Source: Patescibacteria group bacterium (lineage in GTDB: Bacteria; Patescibacteriota; Minisyncoccia; Phycocordibacterales; PALSA-1337). From it: DNA of 64,000 nucleotides. Shown one piece after another: positions 1 to 10,242 of the stretch. The first letter of the stretch is position 1. Each line of letters begins with the position of its first letter. Position numbers and translations under genes: made by a program. The notes beneath the pieces were generated by a model. That model had not been told where the DNA came from. It searched no databases and worked only from the letters and a program-made list of their open reading frames with translations. The DNA lies in contig JBBTRA010000003.1 in NCBI GenBank assembly GCA_038065415.1, positions 9,314 through 73,313 of the forward strand, read 5' to 3'.

Positions 1-1135
1 CGGGAAGATTGTGGGGACATTACCCAAGCCATCTGTCGACACCGGAGCAGGACTTGAGCGACTCACGATGACCATACAGGGCGTAGATAACATCTATGAT
101 ACAGATCTTCTGAAGCCAGTGATGGACCTCATGAAGAATCCAGACCAGACTCTACGTAATAAGCGCATAATCGCAGATCATCTGCGCGCGAGTACATTCC
201 TGATCGCGGATGGAGTGACCCCTTCAAACACAGATCGCGGATACATACTTCGCCGCCTCATCCGTCGTGCGATCGTCAATACAACTGACAAGAAGTTGGA
301 CAGTGACCGTATTTCCGCATATATCGACACACTAGCTACCATCTACAAGTCTGCATATCCCGAACTTTTGAAAAATTCAGAATACATTAAGAAAGTTTTG
401 ACCGAGGAGTCGGCAAAATTTGCTGAAGCACTCGTGCACGGCATTAAGGAATTTGAACGTATCTCAAAAACTAATGCGATTTCGGGGGCAGACGCCTTCA
501 TGCTCTTCTCTTCATTTGGTTTGCCCATCGATGTTACGAGAGAATTGGCCAAGGAGAAGAATCTGTCGGTTGATCTCGCTGGTTTTGAAGCAGAATTCAA
601 AAAACACCAGGACCTCTCCCGTGCCGGTGCCGAACAAAAATTCAAAGGGGGGCTCGCTGATGCAAATGATCCAATGGTCGTTCGCTACCACACAGCTACG
701 CATCTACTCCATCAGGCCCTTCATGATGTCTTGGGCGAGAATGAGGGCAATCAAAAAGGATCGAATATTACAGCCGAGCGTCTGCGTTTCGACTTTACGG
801 GAGTGAAATTGACCGATGACCAGAAAAAGCGTGTGGAAGATATTGTCAATGAAAAAATTACGGCTGACTTGCCGATGAATAATGTCGTATTGCCACGTGC
901 AGAAGCAGAGAAGACTGGTGCGCGACATTTCTTCGGAGAAAAATACGGCGATGAGATTTCAATCTACTTTATCGGTGGTGATTTAGCCTCGGCATACTCA
1001 AAAGAATTCTGTGGCGGTCCGCATGTGAAGAATACGGGCGAACTTGCAGGACCAGAAGGGAAGTGGAGGTTCAAAATACAGAAAGAAGAAGCTGTCTCGC
1101 AGGGAGTGAGGAGGATCAAGGCGGTGCTGGGGTAA
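1..1135 (+). CDS. alaS: alanyl-tRNA synthetase, C-terminal portion (gene begins upstream of window)
   Basis: ORF open to window start; GAGLERL motif, HTATHLL editing-domain motif, C-terminal GGPHV motif. Confidence 0.85.
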   Translation, partial: GKIVGTLPKPSVDTGAGLERLTMTIQGVDNIYDTDLLKPVMDLMKNPDQTLRNKRIIADHLRASTFLIADGVTPSNTDRGYILRRLIRRAIVNTTDKKLDSDRISAYIDTLATIYKSAYPELLKNSEYIKKVLTEESAKFAEALVHGIKEFERISKTNAISGADAFMLFSSFGLPIDVTRELAKEKNLSVDLAGFEAEFKKHQDLSRAGAEQKFKGGLADANDPMVVRYHTATHLLHQALHDVLGENEGNQKGSNITAERLRFDFTGVKLTDDQKKRVEDIVNEKITADLPMNNVVLPRAEAEKTGARHFFGEKYGDEISIYFIGGDLASAYSKEFCGGPHVKNTGELAGPEGKWRFKIQKEEAVSQGVRRIKAVLG

Positions 1136-1180
1136 TCTTTTACCCACCCCACAAAAATCACCTGTGCTATACTTACGGCA

Positions 1181-2338
1181 ATGTTTTTCTCGCGCAAAAA
1201 CGGCACTCTGACTCTGATACTCGATGTACAAAGCTCCATCATTCGAGGCACGCTTGTGCACATGCGTTCAGAGGGAAAACCCCATGTCCTCTTCACACAC
1301 GATGTCGGCATCGCATACAAGCCTCATGCGCGGAGCGGGTATATAGTGAAAGCTGCACTAGCCGCAATATCCGAGACTATCCGAGAAACCTTGCGCTACA
1401 TATCTCACCTCAAGGGCATCGTCGGTCCCGAGCATGATATACCGCACCATATCTCCGATGTGCATTATGTACTCTCGTCGCCATGGATCGTCTCTCAGGC
1501 CAAGACCATCAGTCAATCATTCAAGAAGGAGACATCTATCACCAGATCATACATCCTCGGACTCATTGCCGAGGAACGAAAGAAGCTCAGCGAAAAAGGT
1601 GTTGAGGATATCCGCGTGATCGAAGAAAAGATTTTCGATGTTCGTCTCAATGGATACTCAGTCGCATCATGGGAAAGCAGGTCTACAAAAGATCTCGAGG
1701 TATCATTTGTGAGCAGTGTTGCTGGAACACGCATGATTGAACGTTTTGTAGAGGCCTGCGATCATATCGTCGGCAAGGGGGACGTCAAATTCCATTCATC
1801 TCTCTTTCTTCAGCATATTGGGCTCGGCAAAGTCATCCCTGAACGAGCAAACTATGCGCTCATCCATATTCATGGCGAACTCACTGATGTTGCCATAGTT
1901 CATGCTCACTCATGCACATTCTTTGGCTCATTCCCATTTGGTGTTCATACGATCATCCGGACAATGGCTCGCGAACTCAAAATAAGTGAGCAAACTGCAG
2001 ATTCAGCACTGGCACTATTCACCCAAGGAACACTTGATGCCACGCATACAAAAAAAGAGGGACTCGTCATCGAAAATATGAGCAGCGGATGGGTCGGCGA
2101 GTTCCGCAAACTCCTCAAAACCAACCCTGCTTCGAGCGGTATACCACATCATGTCATCATCTCAGCCCGATCACATGAAGACTTCTTTTCTCAATGTTTG
2201 AAAAAAGAGTATTCACAATTAACACTAGAATCTCTCGATATCCAGCAAATAACCGCCCAGGTGGACTACGAGAGTTTAGCGGAGCGACTTCGTCTAACTG
2301 GTCTCTACATCGTTGCTATTCACAGCATGGAAAAGTAG
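1181..2338 (+). CDS. actin-fold (PilM/FtsA-like) ATPase-family protein, possibly catalytically degenerate
   Basis: N-terminal LILDVQSSIIRGTLV resembles phosphate-1 motif; ALIHIHGELTDVAIV...GSFPFGVHTI...ARELKIS resembles PilM/FtsA phosphate-2/adenosine motifs; aligned by eye only. Confidence 0.4.
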   Translation: MFFSRKNGTLTLILDVQSSIIRGTLVHMRSEGKPHVLFTHDVGIAYKPHARSGYIVKAALAAISETIRETLRYISHLKGIVGPEHDIPHHISDVHYVLSSPWIVSQAKTISQSFKKETSITRSYILGLIAEERKKLSEKGVEDIRVIEEKIFDVRLNGYSVASWESRSTKDLEVSFVSSVAGTRMIERFVEACDHIVGKGDVKFHSSLFLQHIGLGKVIPERANYALIHIHGELTDVAIVHAHSCTFFGSFPFGVHTIIRTMARELKISEQTADSALALFTQGTLDATHTKKEGLVIENMSSGWVGEFRKLLKTNPASSGIPHHVIISARSHEDFFSQCLKKEYSQLTLESLDIQQITAQVDYESLAERLRLTGLYIVAIHSMEK

Positions 2339-2365
2339 GGTACTGCATGGTATAATTTATCCAAC

Positions 2366-3784
2366 ATGCCTCGACGCGTCCAAGACATCGTACCCAACAA
2401 TCATCGTTCGATCAGGGACATTCCCGTCGAACGCAACGACATAGCCGCTCCCGTCCAACCTCCAAAAAAGAAAGTTGGACGAGCTATACCTCTCAAGAAG
2501 GTCGATATGGATATCAAGAAAGAACGCTATGAAGATCGTGTAGAAGAACGAGAAGAGCCTGTTCGCCAAGAAGAACCTGTCAAACATACTGCACCTGCTC
2601 CAACCAGAAAGAAAAAGCAGAGAACATCCAAGAAGCTACTCTTCATTGCCATGGGTATCGTCGTGGTGGTTGCAGGAGCTGGCTATGTCGCATCGGTATA
2701 CTTTTCCCGTGCGACATTCACCGTGGTCGCCAAGACCATTCCAGTGGCAGTGAACGGTACCTACATCACCCAATCAACTCCCGGCAAAGGCTCACTCACC
2801 TATGAACTCGCTGTAGTCAAAGGTAGTGAGTCAGCAACAGTCGCCGCCTCCGATGGTCCTAGTGTTTCAACGACTGCAAAAGGGAGAATAACTGTTTACA
2901 ATGCATACAGTGCACAATCTCAGCGCCTCATTGCAGGCACCCGTTTTGCTGACGACACCGGTCGCATATATCGCTTAACCGGATCTATCGTCGTCCCCGG
3001 CTATACAGTATCAGCTGGCAAAACAACTCCGGGAAGCATCTCAGCAGCAGTGGCCGCAGATCAACCAGGTCAATCATACAATATTACCAAGAGTGACAAT
3101 ATCAGCGATTTCCAGATCGTCGCCTACAAAGGAACTCCACGCTACGAGCAGATCTATGGGCGCATCTCGACCGACATAATCGGTGGTTTCGTAGGGGCCA
3201 AGAAAACTGTGAGTCCTACTGTCCTCGCCTCTACTACCGCCGAACTGCAGTCCAAGATCATCGCCTCACTCTCTGAGCAGATCAGGAGTACCTTGCCAGA
3301 AGGGTACATCATGTATCGAACCGCCTATGTACCAGCTTTCTCAGCTCCTGTTGTCGGAGGCAGTGACCCCAAGTCTGCCACAGTAACTGTTCAAGGTACT
3401 CTCTACGGCATCCTCTTCAAAAAAGATGAGTTGGTAGCACGTGTGGCCGGGGAAGAAGCTATCGCAACCTTTGAAGGTTTTGCATACGAGACCCCAGGCT
3501 TTGACTCACTCGACTTTAGCATCGCCAATCAAAAGGATTTTTCACCTGAAAAGAAGAATACGCTTATCATCAAGCTCAAAGGCGATGCTCTCCTTGTTGG
3601 TGCAATCCCCGTTGAAACTCTCAAGACCAAGCTTGCAGGATTGTCACTCGCAGATACGAGTAGTGTACTCCGTGCATACAAACCTATCATTGAGATAGAG
3701 AAGAGTTCGGGTGAAATAACGCCCCCATGGTCGAAAGTTCCGAGCGATCCGAGCAGGATTACTGTAGAGGTATTGACGAAATAG
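2366..3784 (+). CDS. membrane protein with K/E-rich cytoplasmic N-terminus, single TM helix and large extracytoplasmic domain (possible PilN/PilO-like partner of upstream gene)
   Basis: 472-aa ORF; TM segment [23 protein letters not shown]; 28-nt gap after upstream ORF. Confidence 0.35.
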   Translation: MPRRVQDIVPNNHRSIRDIPVERNDIAAPVQPPKKKVGRAIPLKKVDMDIKKERYEDRVEEREEPVRQEEPVKHTAPAPTRKKKQRTSKKLLFIAMGIVVVVAGAGYVASVYFSRATFTVVAKTIPVAVNGTYITQSTPGKGSLTYELAVVKGSESATVAASDGPSVSTTAKGRITVYNAYSAQSQRLIAGTRFADDTGRIYRLTGSIVVPGYTVSAGKTTPGSISAAVAADQPGQSYNITKSDNISDFQIVAYKGTPRYEQIYGRISTDIIGGFVGAKKTVSPTVLASTTAELQSKIIASLSEQIRSTLPEGYIMYRTAYVPAFSAPVVGGSDPKSATVTVQGTLYGILFKKDELVARVAGEEAIATFEGFAYETPGFDSLDFSIANQKDFSPEKKNTLIIKLKGDALLVGAIPVETLKTKLAGLSLADTSSVLRAYKPIIEIEKSSGEITPPWSKVPSDPSRITVEVLTK

Positions 3785-3824
3785 CCAGTCATCTGCTAAG
3801 ATACTGAAACGCGCTAAATACCCG

Positions 3825-4058
3825 ATGGACACCGCGCCACAATCTAATAAGCCTGCTAAAAATACCGCAAATGGCATTGTCGTAGAGGCATTGCCTGATA
3901 CGCTGTTCCGAGTGGAACTGAACGACTCGAAAGAGGTCGTCCTCGCGTATCTTGCTGGTAAAATGCGTATGAATCGCATACGAGTGCTTATTGGAGACAA
4001 AGTGGAGTTGGAACTTGATCCATACGGTGGCCGTGCCCGCGTCACTAGACGCCTATAA
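3825..4058 (+). CDS. infA: translation initiation factor IF-1
   Basis: 77 aa; [32 protein letters not shown] matches IF-1 S1-like fold consensus. Confidence 0.9.
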   Translation: MDTAPQSNKPAKNTANGIVVEALPDTLFRVELNDSKEVVLAYLAGKMRMNRIRVLIGDKVELELDPYGGRARVTRRL

Positions 4059-4060
4059 TT

Positions 4061-4177
4061 ATGAGAGTCAAAGCATCAGTCAAAAAAATCTGCCCGAAGT
4101 GCTCCATCGTTCGTCGAGGGGGATATATATACGTAGTATGCAAGTCAAACCCAAGGCACAAACAGCGCCAAGGATAA
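4061..4177 (+). CDS. rpmJ: 50S ribosomal protein L36 (38 aa; below ORF-track length cutoff)
   Basis: Hand translation: [38 protein letters not shown]; canonical infA-rpmJ-rpsM order. Confidence 0.85.
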   Translation: MRVKASVKKICPKCSIVRRGGYIYVVCKSNPRHKQRQG

Positions 4178-4223
4178 TTTCAATATTCAGCTTTCAACTC
4201 CCTAATTTAACTATTCATTTACC

Positions 4224-4604
4224 ATGCGTATCCTCGGTATCACAGTTCCAGAAAACAAGCGCCTTGAAATCGCGCTGACCGCTATATATGGTATCGGCCG
4301 CTCCCGCGCCCTCGATATATTGAGTACAGCCAAGGTTGATCCTTCATTCAAGTCGACCCAACTCTCAGTCGAGCAGGAAAATGAAGTACGCAAGCTCGTT
4401 GAGAGCTACAAGATCGAAGGTGATCTCAAGCGCGAGGTTGCAAGCAACATCAAGCGTCTCAAAGATATCAAAGCATACCGTGGCAACAGGCACGCTCGTC
4501 ATCTCCCGACGCGCGGACAGAGGACCAAGACCAATTCCCGCACCGTCCGTGGTAACGTTCGCAAGACCATGGGATCCGGTAAGCGTAAGGAGGAGAAGAA
4601 ATAA
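4224..4604 (+). CDS. rpsM: 30S ribosomal protein S13
   Basis: MRILGITVPENKRLEIALTAIYGIGRSRA... S13 signature. Confidence 0.95.
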   Translation: MRILGITVPENKRLEIALTAIYGIGRSRALDILSTAKVDPSFKSTQLSVEQENEVRKLVESYKIEGDLKREVASNIKRLKDIKAYRGNRHARHLPTRGQRTKTNSRTVRGNVRKTMGSGKRKEEKK

Positions 4605-4621
4605 TCATCAATAATACCACT

Positions 4622-5053
4622 ATGGGAAAGAAGCGAATCGTCACAACTGAAGGAGCAGAATCAAAGGCTGGAGCAGACAAGGCACCAGTGGTTTCAGCGA
4701 AGAAGCGTGTCGAGTCAGGCATACTCCATGTCCAGTCAACTTACAACAACACCAAGGTCATGGTCACTGATACACGAGGAAATGCACTTATGTGGGGTTC
4801 GAGCGGGGGAGCAGGATTCCGTGGTGCAAAGAAGGGAACTCCGTTTGCAGCAGCCAAGGTTGGCGAGGTACTCGCTCTCAAAGCAGCAAACATCGGCATG
4901 AAGGAGGTGGCTGTTGTGGTCAAGGGTGTCGGATCTGGCCGTGAATCAGCTATCCGCGGCTTCATCAGCAAAGGTATCATCATCACATCCATCAAGGATG
5001 AGACCCCGATACCATTCAATGGTCCAAAGCCTAAGAAGCCTCGCCGCGTATAA
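4622..5053 (+). CDS. rpsK: 30S ribosomal protein S11
   Basis: GILHVQSTYNNTKVMVTDTRGNAL...GFRGAKKGTPFAA S11 signature. Confidence 0.95.
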   Translation: MGKKRIVTTEGAESKAGADKAPVVSAKKRVESGILHVQSTYNNTKVMVTDTRGNALMWGSSGGAGFRGAKKGTPFAAAKVGEVLALKAANIGMKEVAVVVKGVGSGRESAIRGFISKGIIITSIKDETPIPFNGPKPKKPRRV

Positions 5054-5074
5054 TCCATATAATCTTTTAATCAT

Positions 5075-5680
5075 ATGCAAATCGGTCCACGATACAAGAA
5101 AGCACGCTACCTCGGAGCAGCAGTATTCAGGAAGACTCAGTCTCCTAAGTACGCTCTTCGTGCACAGCGCAAGGTCAAGACTACCAAGCGACGCAGTGCC
5201 AAGAGCGAGTACGGCCGCCAGCTTCTTGAGAAGCAGAAGGCTCGTTACAGCTACGGTGTATCAGGTGGTCAGTTCACGAATTATGTGAAGAGCGCTCTTC
5301 AGACCAAGGGTGACAATGCCAAGAACCTCCTACGCATCCTCGAAGGTCGTCTCGACAATGTAGTATTGCGCGCAGGATTCGCGCTGAGCCGCTCTGCAGC
5401 TCGTCAGATGGTCGCTCACGGCCACCTGTGCGTCAATGGAGGTATCGTGACTATTCCATCCTACCAAGTCCGCATCGGTGATGTGGTCACCATCCGCGAA
5501 GGTAGCAAGAAGAAGACTCTCTTCGCAAAACTGGATGAGGAAATGAAGGCGGTCAAGGCTCCAGCTTGGATATCTGTAGATGCAGAAAAGAAGGAGATCA
5601 AAGTCGAGGGGGAACCGACGACAGATTTGAGCGAACTCCTCTTCGATGTGAGGTCAGTGCTCGAGTTCTACACTCGCTAG
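5075..5680 (+). CDS. rpsD: 30S ribosomal protein S4
   Basis: 201 aa; RLDNVVLRAGFALSRSAARQMVAHGHLCVNG S4 domain. Confidence 0.9.
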   Translation: MQIGPRYKKARYLGAAVFRKTQSPKYALRAQRKVKTTKRRSAKSEYGRQLLEKQKARYSYGVSGGQFTNYVKSALQTKGDNAKNLLRILEGRLDNVVLRAGFALSRSAARQMVAHGHLCVNGGIVTIPSYQVRIGDVVTIREGSKKKTLFAKLDEEMKAVKAPAWISVDAEKKEIKVEGEPTTDLSELLFDVRSVLEFYTR

Positions 5681-5728
5681 ACAAGTATCATTTTTAATGT
5701 ATAATTAATCGTCTATTTTACAAATACC

Positions 5729-6703
5729 ATGACACACGACCTTATCCTCCCATCAAAGCCAAAAATCGTTAGCGAACAGGGCACCAGCGGCATCTATGAA
5801 ATCGATGGCCTCTACCCAGGCTACGGACACACGCTCGGCAACTCACTCCGCCGCATCATCCTTTCGTCACTCCCAGGCGCAGCTGTTACGAAGGTTAAAA
5901 TCAAGGGTGTTGAGCATGAATTTTCAGCAATTGATGGTGTCAAAGAAGACGTCATCGCTATCCTGCTCGCTATCAAGAAGCTCCGCGTCCGCATCAGCGG
6001 AGATGAGGCTGTCATCATGAACCTCAAAATCAAGGGTGCAAAGGAGGTCACCGCCAAGGACATCGAAGCCCCAGGTCAGGTCGAGATTCTCAACCCAGAT
6101 CTTCATATTGCATCACTCACTGAGAAATCTTCAGAGCTCGATATCGAGATCACTGCAGAGAAGGGTCTCGGATATGTCTCCAAGGAGGTCATCCAGAAGG
6201 ATCGTGTCGAAATCGGTTCTATCACTCTCGATGCTGCCTTCACACCTATCCGCAAGGCTAACTACGAGGTCGAGAACATGCGCGTCGGAGATCGTACTGA
6301 CTTCAACCGCCTCCGCCTCTCGATCGAGACTGATGGCACAATCACTCCACGCGAAGCTCTCGAGCAGTCCATCACCCTGATGATCCATCAGCTCAAGGCT
6401 ATCGTCGGATTCGTCGAGGCTGAGGTTGAAAGCGTTGCAGCAGTCGAGGAATCTTCAGCAAAGGCAGAGTCCGTCGAAGGATCCCTCAAAGATATCGATG
6501 CAGAGCTCCTTAAGACTCGCATTGATAGCCTCGGTTTCTCAGCCCGCACCGCAAAGGCGCTCGTGAACGGCAACGTTCGCACGCTCGGAGGTCTTGCGCG
6601 CAAGAAGGAATCAGATATCATGGACATCGATGGTCTCGGAGCCAAGGGCGTCCAGGAGATCAAGAAACTCCTCGCTCAGCACGGCATAACACTCAAGCAG
6701 TAA
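5729..6703 (+). CDS. rpoA: DNA-directed RNA polymerase subunit alpha
   Basis: 324 aa; GYGHTLGNSLRRIILSSLPGAAVT N-terminal domain, C-terminal CTD. Confidence 0.95.
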   Translation: MTHDLILPSKPKIVSEQGTSGIYEIDGLYPGYGHTLGNSLRRIILSSLPGAAVTKVKIKGVEHEFSAIDGVKEDVIAILLAIKKLRVRISGDEAVIMNLKIKGAKEVTAKDIEAPGQVEILNPDLHIASLTEKSSELDIEITAEKGLGYVSKEVIQKDRVEIGSITLDAAFTPIRKANYEVENMRVGDRTDFNRLRLSIETDGTITPREALEQSITLMIHQLKAIVGFVEAEVESVAAVEESSAKAESVEGSLKDIDAELLKTRIDSLGFSARTAKALVNGNVRTLGGLARKKESDIMDIDGLGAKGVQEIKKLLAQHGITLKQ

Positions 6704-6716
6704 TACTTATACTCCC

Positions 6717-7067
6717 ATGAGACACGGCAACAATAAACGAAAATTCGGACGCGAAAAGAACCAGAGGAATGCCCTGATGTCTTCGCTCGCACGCAACCTC
6801 ATCCGAGACAGCCGCATCAAGACGACGACTGCTAAGGCAAAGGAGCTTCGTCCGATGGTTGAGAAGCTCGTCACCAAAGCAAAGGCTGGTACGATCGCTG
6901 ATCGCCGTCTCGTCAATAGCCGCCTCAAGAGTCCAACTGAGACCAAGAAACTTTTCGATACTATCGCTCCTGGTTACAAGGACAGGAAGGGAGGCTACGT
7001 ACGTATTATCCGCTTGCCGAACCGAGACCTCGACGGCAGTCCAATGTCCCTCATCGAATTTGTATAA
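6717..7067 (+). CDS. rplQ: 50S ribosomal protein L17
   Basis: MRHGNNKRKFGREKNQRNALMSSLARNLI L17 N-terminus. Confidence 0.9.
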   Translation: MRHGNNKRKFGREKNQRNALMSSLARNLIRDSRIKTTTAKAKELRPMVEKLVTKAKAGTIADRRLVNSRLKSPTETKKLFDTIAPGYKDRKGGYVRIIRLPNRDLDGSPMSLIEFV

Positions 7068-7071
7068 TCCT

Positions 7072-7416
7072 ATGAAATACACCATTGACGCACAGGGCAA
7101 GAAGATCGGACGCATCGCCAGCCAAGCTGCAGCATATCTGCTTGGCAAGAGCATGACCTCGTTCGCCAAGAACACGGTTGCTGACGCGCACGTAGAGATC
7201 GTCAATGCTTCAAAAGCGGATGTCACCGCTCGCAAGAAGACAAACGACAAGTACGTCACTTACACGGGATTCCGTGGAGGTCTTGAGACCGAGTCACTCG
7301 GCGAACTCATCATCCGACGCGGTATGACCGAGGTTTTCCGACGCACGGTCTACAGGATGCTCCCGAACAACAGGCTGCGCGATGTCCGTATCAAGAACCT
7401 TACCATTAAAGAGTAG
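7072..7416 (+). CDS. rplM: 50S ribosomal protein L13 (short form, 114 aa)
   Basis: Internal ATG of ORF 6859..7416; MKYTIDAQGKKIGRIASQAAAYLLGK typical L13 start. Confidence 0.85.
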   Translation: MKYTIDAQGKKIGRIASQAAAYLLGKSMTSFAKNTVADAHVEIVNASKADVTARKKTNDKYVTYTGFRGGLETESLGELIIRRGMTEVFRRTVYRMLPNNRLRDVRIKNLTIKE

Positions 7417-7427
7417 TAGCATTATCC

Positions 7428-7838
7428 ATGACTGCAAAAACCACCACAACCAAGTATTTCGAAGCTGTCGGCCGCCGCAAGACCGCCATCGCTCGTGTCC
7501 GCATGTTCCCAGGAACAAAGGCTGGGTTCGAGATCAATGGTAAGGAGCTTGAAGCGTATTTTCCGGTCAAGGAGATGCAAATGAATGTCACTGATCCTCT
7601 CACCAACGCAAAGGCTGCAGAAAAATTTCACATAACCGTCAAACTCGTTGGTGGAGGTATCTCTGCTCAGTCAGAAGCTGTACGCCATGGTATATCTCGC
7701 GCGCTCCTCATCTACGATATTGAGCTCCGCGGCAAACTCAAGAAACTTGGTTTCCTCCGCCGCGATCCGCGTGCCAAGGAACGACGCAAGTTCGGATTCA
7801 AGAAGGCTCGCAAATCTCCTCAGTGGAGCAAGCGTTAA
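7428..7838 (+). CDS. rpsI: 30S ribosomal protein S9
   Basis: GGGISAQSEAVRHGISRALL and C-terminal RRDPRAKERRKFGFKKARKSPQWSKR. Confidence 0.9.
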   Translation: MTAKTTTTKYFEAVGRRKTAIARVRMFPGTKAGFEINGKELEAYFPVKEMQMNVTDPLTNAKAAEKFHITVKLVGGGISAQSEAVRHGISRALLIYDIELRGKLKKLGFLRRDPRAKERRKFGFKKARKSPQWSKR

Positions 7839-7861
7839 GCTTTACCAGGTATTTTATATCC

Positions 7862-7890
7862 AAAAAAGGAGTGGCAACACTCCTTTTTTC
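7862..7890 (+). terminator. rho-independent terminator of r-protein/rpoA operon
   Basis: aaaaggagtg-gcaa-cactcctttt stem-loop followed by T-run. Confidence 0.6.
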
Positions 7891-7937
7891 GTGGTACTGT
7901 TCTCCACGGACTTGAACAAACACAACCTCTCGATAGT

Positions 7938-8282
7938 ATGAAAATGACATACGCCTATATGATCGTAGGAACCCTGGTAACCATCCTGCTCACGTGGAGG
8001 ATTCTCATCATCTCCAAGCGGCCCTACCGCAGAAGGGAGCTTCAGCATCATATCGACATGATCCAAGACCCTCACGGGTGCAGCGTAGCCTTCAAGCACT
8101 ATGAAGAATGCGCCCACATCATCAGTCATTACGGGATCAAGCTCGATGCGACATCACTCGGCTACGGTGCCAGTCTCGGCGACCTCTGGAACGCAGCTCA
8201 AGCATCCACGGAGCGTGCCCGTTTGCGGGAATTCACTGCTCATCAAAAACCTGTTACTACCCAGGTTGTACGGGTGTGTTGA
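7938..8282 (+). CDS. hypothetical small membrane protein
   Basis: 114-aa ORF with N-terminal TM helix; followed by hairpin acctcc-ctcact-ggaggt + T-run at 8308-8332. Confidence 0.3.
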   Translation: MKMTYAYMIVGTLVTILLTWRILIISKRPYRRRELQHHIDMIQDPHGCSVAFKHYEECAHIISHYGIKLDATSLGYGASLGDLWNAAQASTERARLREFTAHQKPVTTQVVRVC

Positions 8283-8386
8283 TGTGTAGATACCTACAGT
8301 TTCGCGAACCTCCCTCACTGGAGGTTTTTTATTTGATTTTTAATACATACATTTACAAATCCTCACTTGTCGTTATAATACCCCTT

Positions 8387-8983
8387 ATGAAGAACCCTCA
8401 CGAAGACAGCGACATAATTCCTGAAGAAAGCCTCAAAAAGGCCCTCGAATCAGACATCGACACTCTGGATGATAGCGTCGTGGCGGAGGAAGCCATGGGT
8501 GACACTATCAAGAAGCTCCGCGACAAGATCAAGAAGCTCGAGTCGGAAAAGCAGGAATACCTCACCGGCTGGCAGCGCGCCAAGGCAGATATGGTCAATG
8601 CCAGACAGCGTGATGAGGCAGAGCGCAAAGACTTCATCAAATACGCTAACGAAGGACTCATCGCAGACCTCATCTCTGTACTCGACAGCTTCGATATGGC
8701 CATGGGGAACAAGGAGGCCTGGGAAAAGGCTGACAAGAACTGGCGTGTAGGAGTCGAGTATATCTACTCACAGCTCATCAAGGTCCTCACCGAAAATGGT
8801 CTTACCGAAATCAATCCAATGAATGAGAAATTTGATCATGCGAAACATGAAGCAACCTCATACGAGCCTGTCACCGATGAGAAGCTCGATCATGTTATCA
8901 CTGGCGTTATACAAAAAGGTTATTCACTCAACGGAAAGCTTTTGAAAGTACCCAAGGTTAGGGTCGGTGAGTTTAAGAAATAA
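8387..8983 (+). CDS. grpE: nucleotide exchange factor GrpE
   Basis: Internal ATG of ORF 8108..8983; coiled-coil N-region plus C-terminal beta domain; the ORF upstream extension is cut by a terminator. Confidence 0.85.
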   Translation: MKNPHEDSDIIPEESLKKALESDIDTLDDSVVAEEAMGDTIKKLRDKIKKLESEKQEYLTGWQRAKADMVNARQRDEAERKDFIKYANEGLIADLISVLDSFDMAMGNKEAWEKADKNWRVGVEYIYSQLIKVLTENGLTEINPMNEKFDHAKHEATSYEPVTDEKLDHVITGVIQKGYSLNGKLLKVPKVRVGEFKK

Positions 8984-8994
8984 AAAACCGCCTG

Positions 8995-9513
8995 CTAGGG
9001 CGATTGTTGCTCACTATCATCTTCGATGACAACTCGGAATTTCTCTTCTTCATTCCACTCGAGTAGTTGCCAATAAGACTCAGCGAATCCATGTAACGTA
9101 CCCCGAAGCACCAAAAAGTCAGAAACTGCACGTGGACCGTAGGGATTGGTGATCCGCTCGAACTTGTGTCGCCCCGGAAGCAGAGTAACCCTGATAACCC
9201 TACTATCGCACATCTTGGCTCGAGAAGCATCGATGAGATCCCACGGGGCATTAGTGGTGATCGTCATTCGCTGTATTCCAGTACTCAGATACGACATGTA
9301 TTTGGTCGTCATATCCTGAGGCATGAGCACTTTGGACTCCATGACATCAAGCACATCGCTCGGTTGGGAAGCCAAGAGCCTGACACCGTTCATGGCACGG
9401 AACGCCAGATTTGGTATCGATACGCTTCGGTCATTGATCGCCCGTTCAGCCAGCTCAGCTATGCGCTGCAGACGCTCTTCAGGAGTCCACCGTGGACCTG
9501 GATTCGATTTCAT
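8995..9513 (-). CDS. hypothetical protein
   Basis: 172-aa ORF convergent with grpE; no recognisable motifs. Confidence 0.4.
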   Translation of the reverse strand: MKSNPGPRWTPEERLQRIAELAERAINDRSVSIPNLAFRAMNGVRLLASQPSDVLDVMESKVLMPQDMTTKYMSYLSTGIQRMTITTNAPWDLIDASRAKMCDSRVIRVTLLPGRHKFERITNPYGPRAVSDFLVLRGTLHGFAESYWQLLEWNEEEKFRVVIEDDSEQQSP

Positions 9514-9587
9514 ATCTAGATATACTCAAACATATTCATTAATACTTGTCAATTATTCTCTGACGATTTTTTTGGTATACTATACAC

Positions 9588-9938
9588 ATGTTAGCTACCC
9601 GCGAATTACAACTCGCCCCAATACCCAACACGACCGCTCTCCAAAATGGTCAGCTGGTTTCGCGTATATTCACTGATGCTGCCGGTCACTCATTCCGCCT
9701 GACATTCTTCGTCTCTATCATTGACGGGGAAGTAAAGGGTCAGCTAGTGTCAGCACAAGAGATCGGTCAAAAGGTTTCAGCCGCCACGGCCGACCACGTC
9801 TTTTGTCTGCCTTTCTCATGTCCGAAAATTGTTGCTTCAACTCCGTATGTCTCTCCATTTTCATCTTTTGTATCACCGTATTTCTCTCTGGAATTTTTGA
9901 TCAATAGTCAACCTACTCGAGCACCTTCTCGCGCATAA
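9588..9938 (+). CDS. hypothetical protein
   Basis: 116-aa ORF; extended -10 (TGGTATACT) ends 7 nt upstream of ATG. Confidence 0.3.
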   Translation: MLATRELQLAPIPNTTALQNGQLVSRIFTDAAGHSFRLTFFVSIIDGEVKGQLVSAQEIGQKVSAATADHVFCLPFSCPKIVASTPYVSPFSSFVSPYFSLEFLINSQPTRAPSRA

Positions 9939-9948
9939 CTCTCCGCGC

Positions 9949-10161
9949 ATGTATATCAAAGTCCGGGTCAAAGCCGGCCAACGCGCGGAAAAGGTCATCC
10001 AGGAAAGTGATGATCATTTCGTCATATCCGTGAAGGAGAAAGCTGAACGCAATATGGCGAATAAAAGGATACTTGAGATTGTGAGAGGTATGTTCCCGGG
10101 GAAATCTGTGAGGATTATTAATGGTCATCAGAGTCCGGGGAAGTTGATAGCGGTGGATTAG
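9949..10161 (+). CDS. DUF167 (YggU-like) family protein
   Basis: 70 aa; MYIKVRVKAGQRAEKV...ANKRILEIVRGMF...VRIINGHQSPGKLIAV matches DUF167 pattern. Confidence 0.6.
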   Translation: MYIKVRVKAGQRAEKVIQESDDHFVISVKEKAERNMANKRILEIVRGMFPGKSVRIINGHQSPGKLIAVD

Positions 10162-10242
10162 ATGCGGTGAGTTCATTAAAACAGCAATAATAAAAACTGT
10201 GTACAATTAGTACACAGGTAATGAAGAAAGTTACATTTACTG

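Noticed and set aside
3991-4278. 95-aa ORF on the + strand
   Set aside because: Overlaps the true rpmJ (4061-4177) and the rpsM start in another frame. No homology-like features.
8108-8386. N-terminal extension of the grpE ORF back to 8108
   Set aside because: The extension overlaps the preceding gene and spans a rho-independent terminator (8308-8332). The conserved GrpE sequence begins at the internal ATG at 8387.
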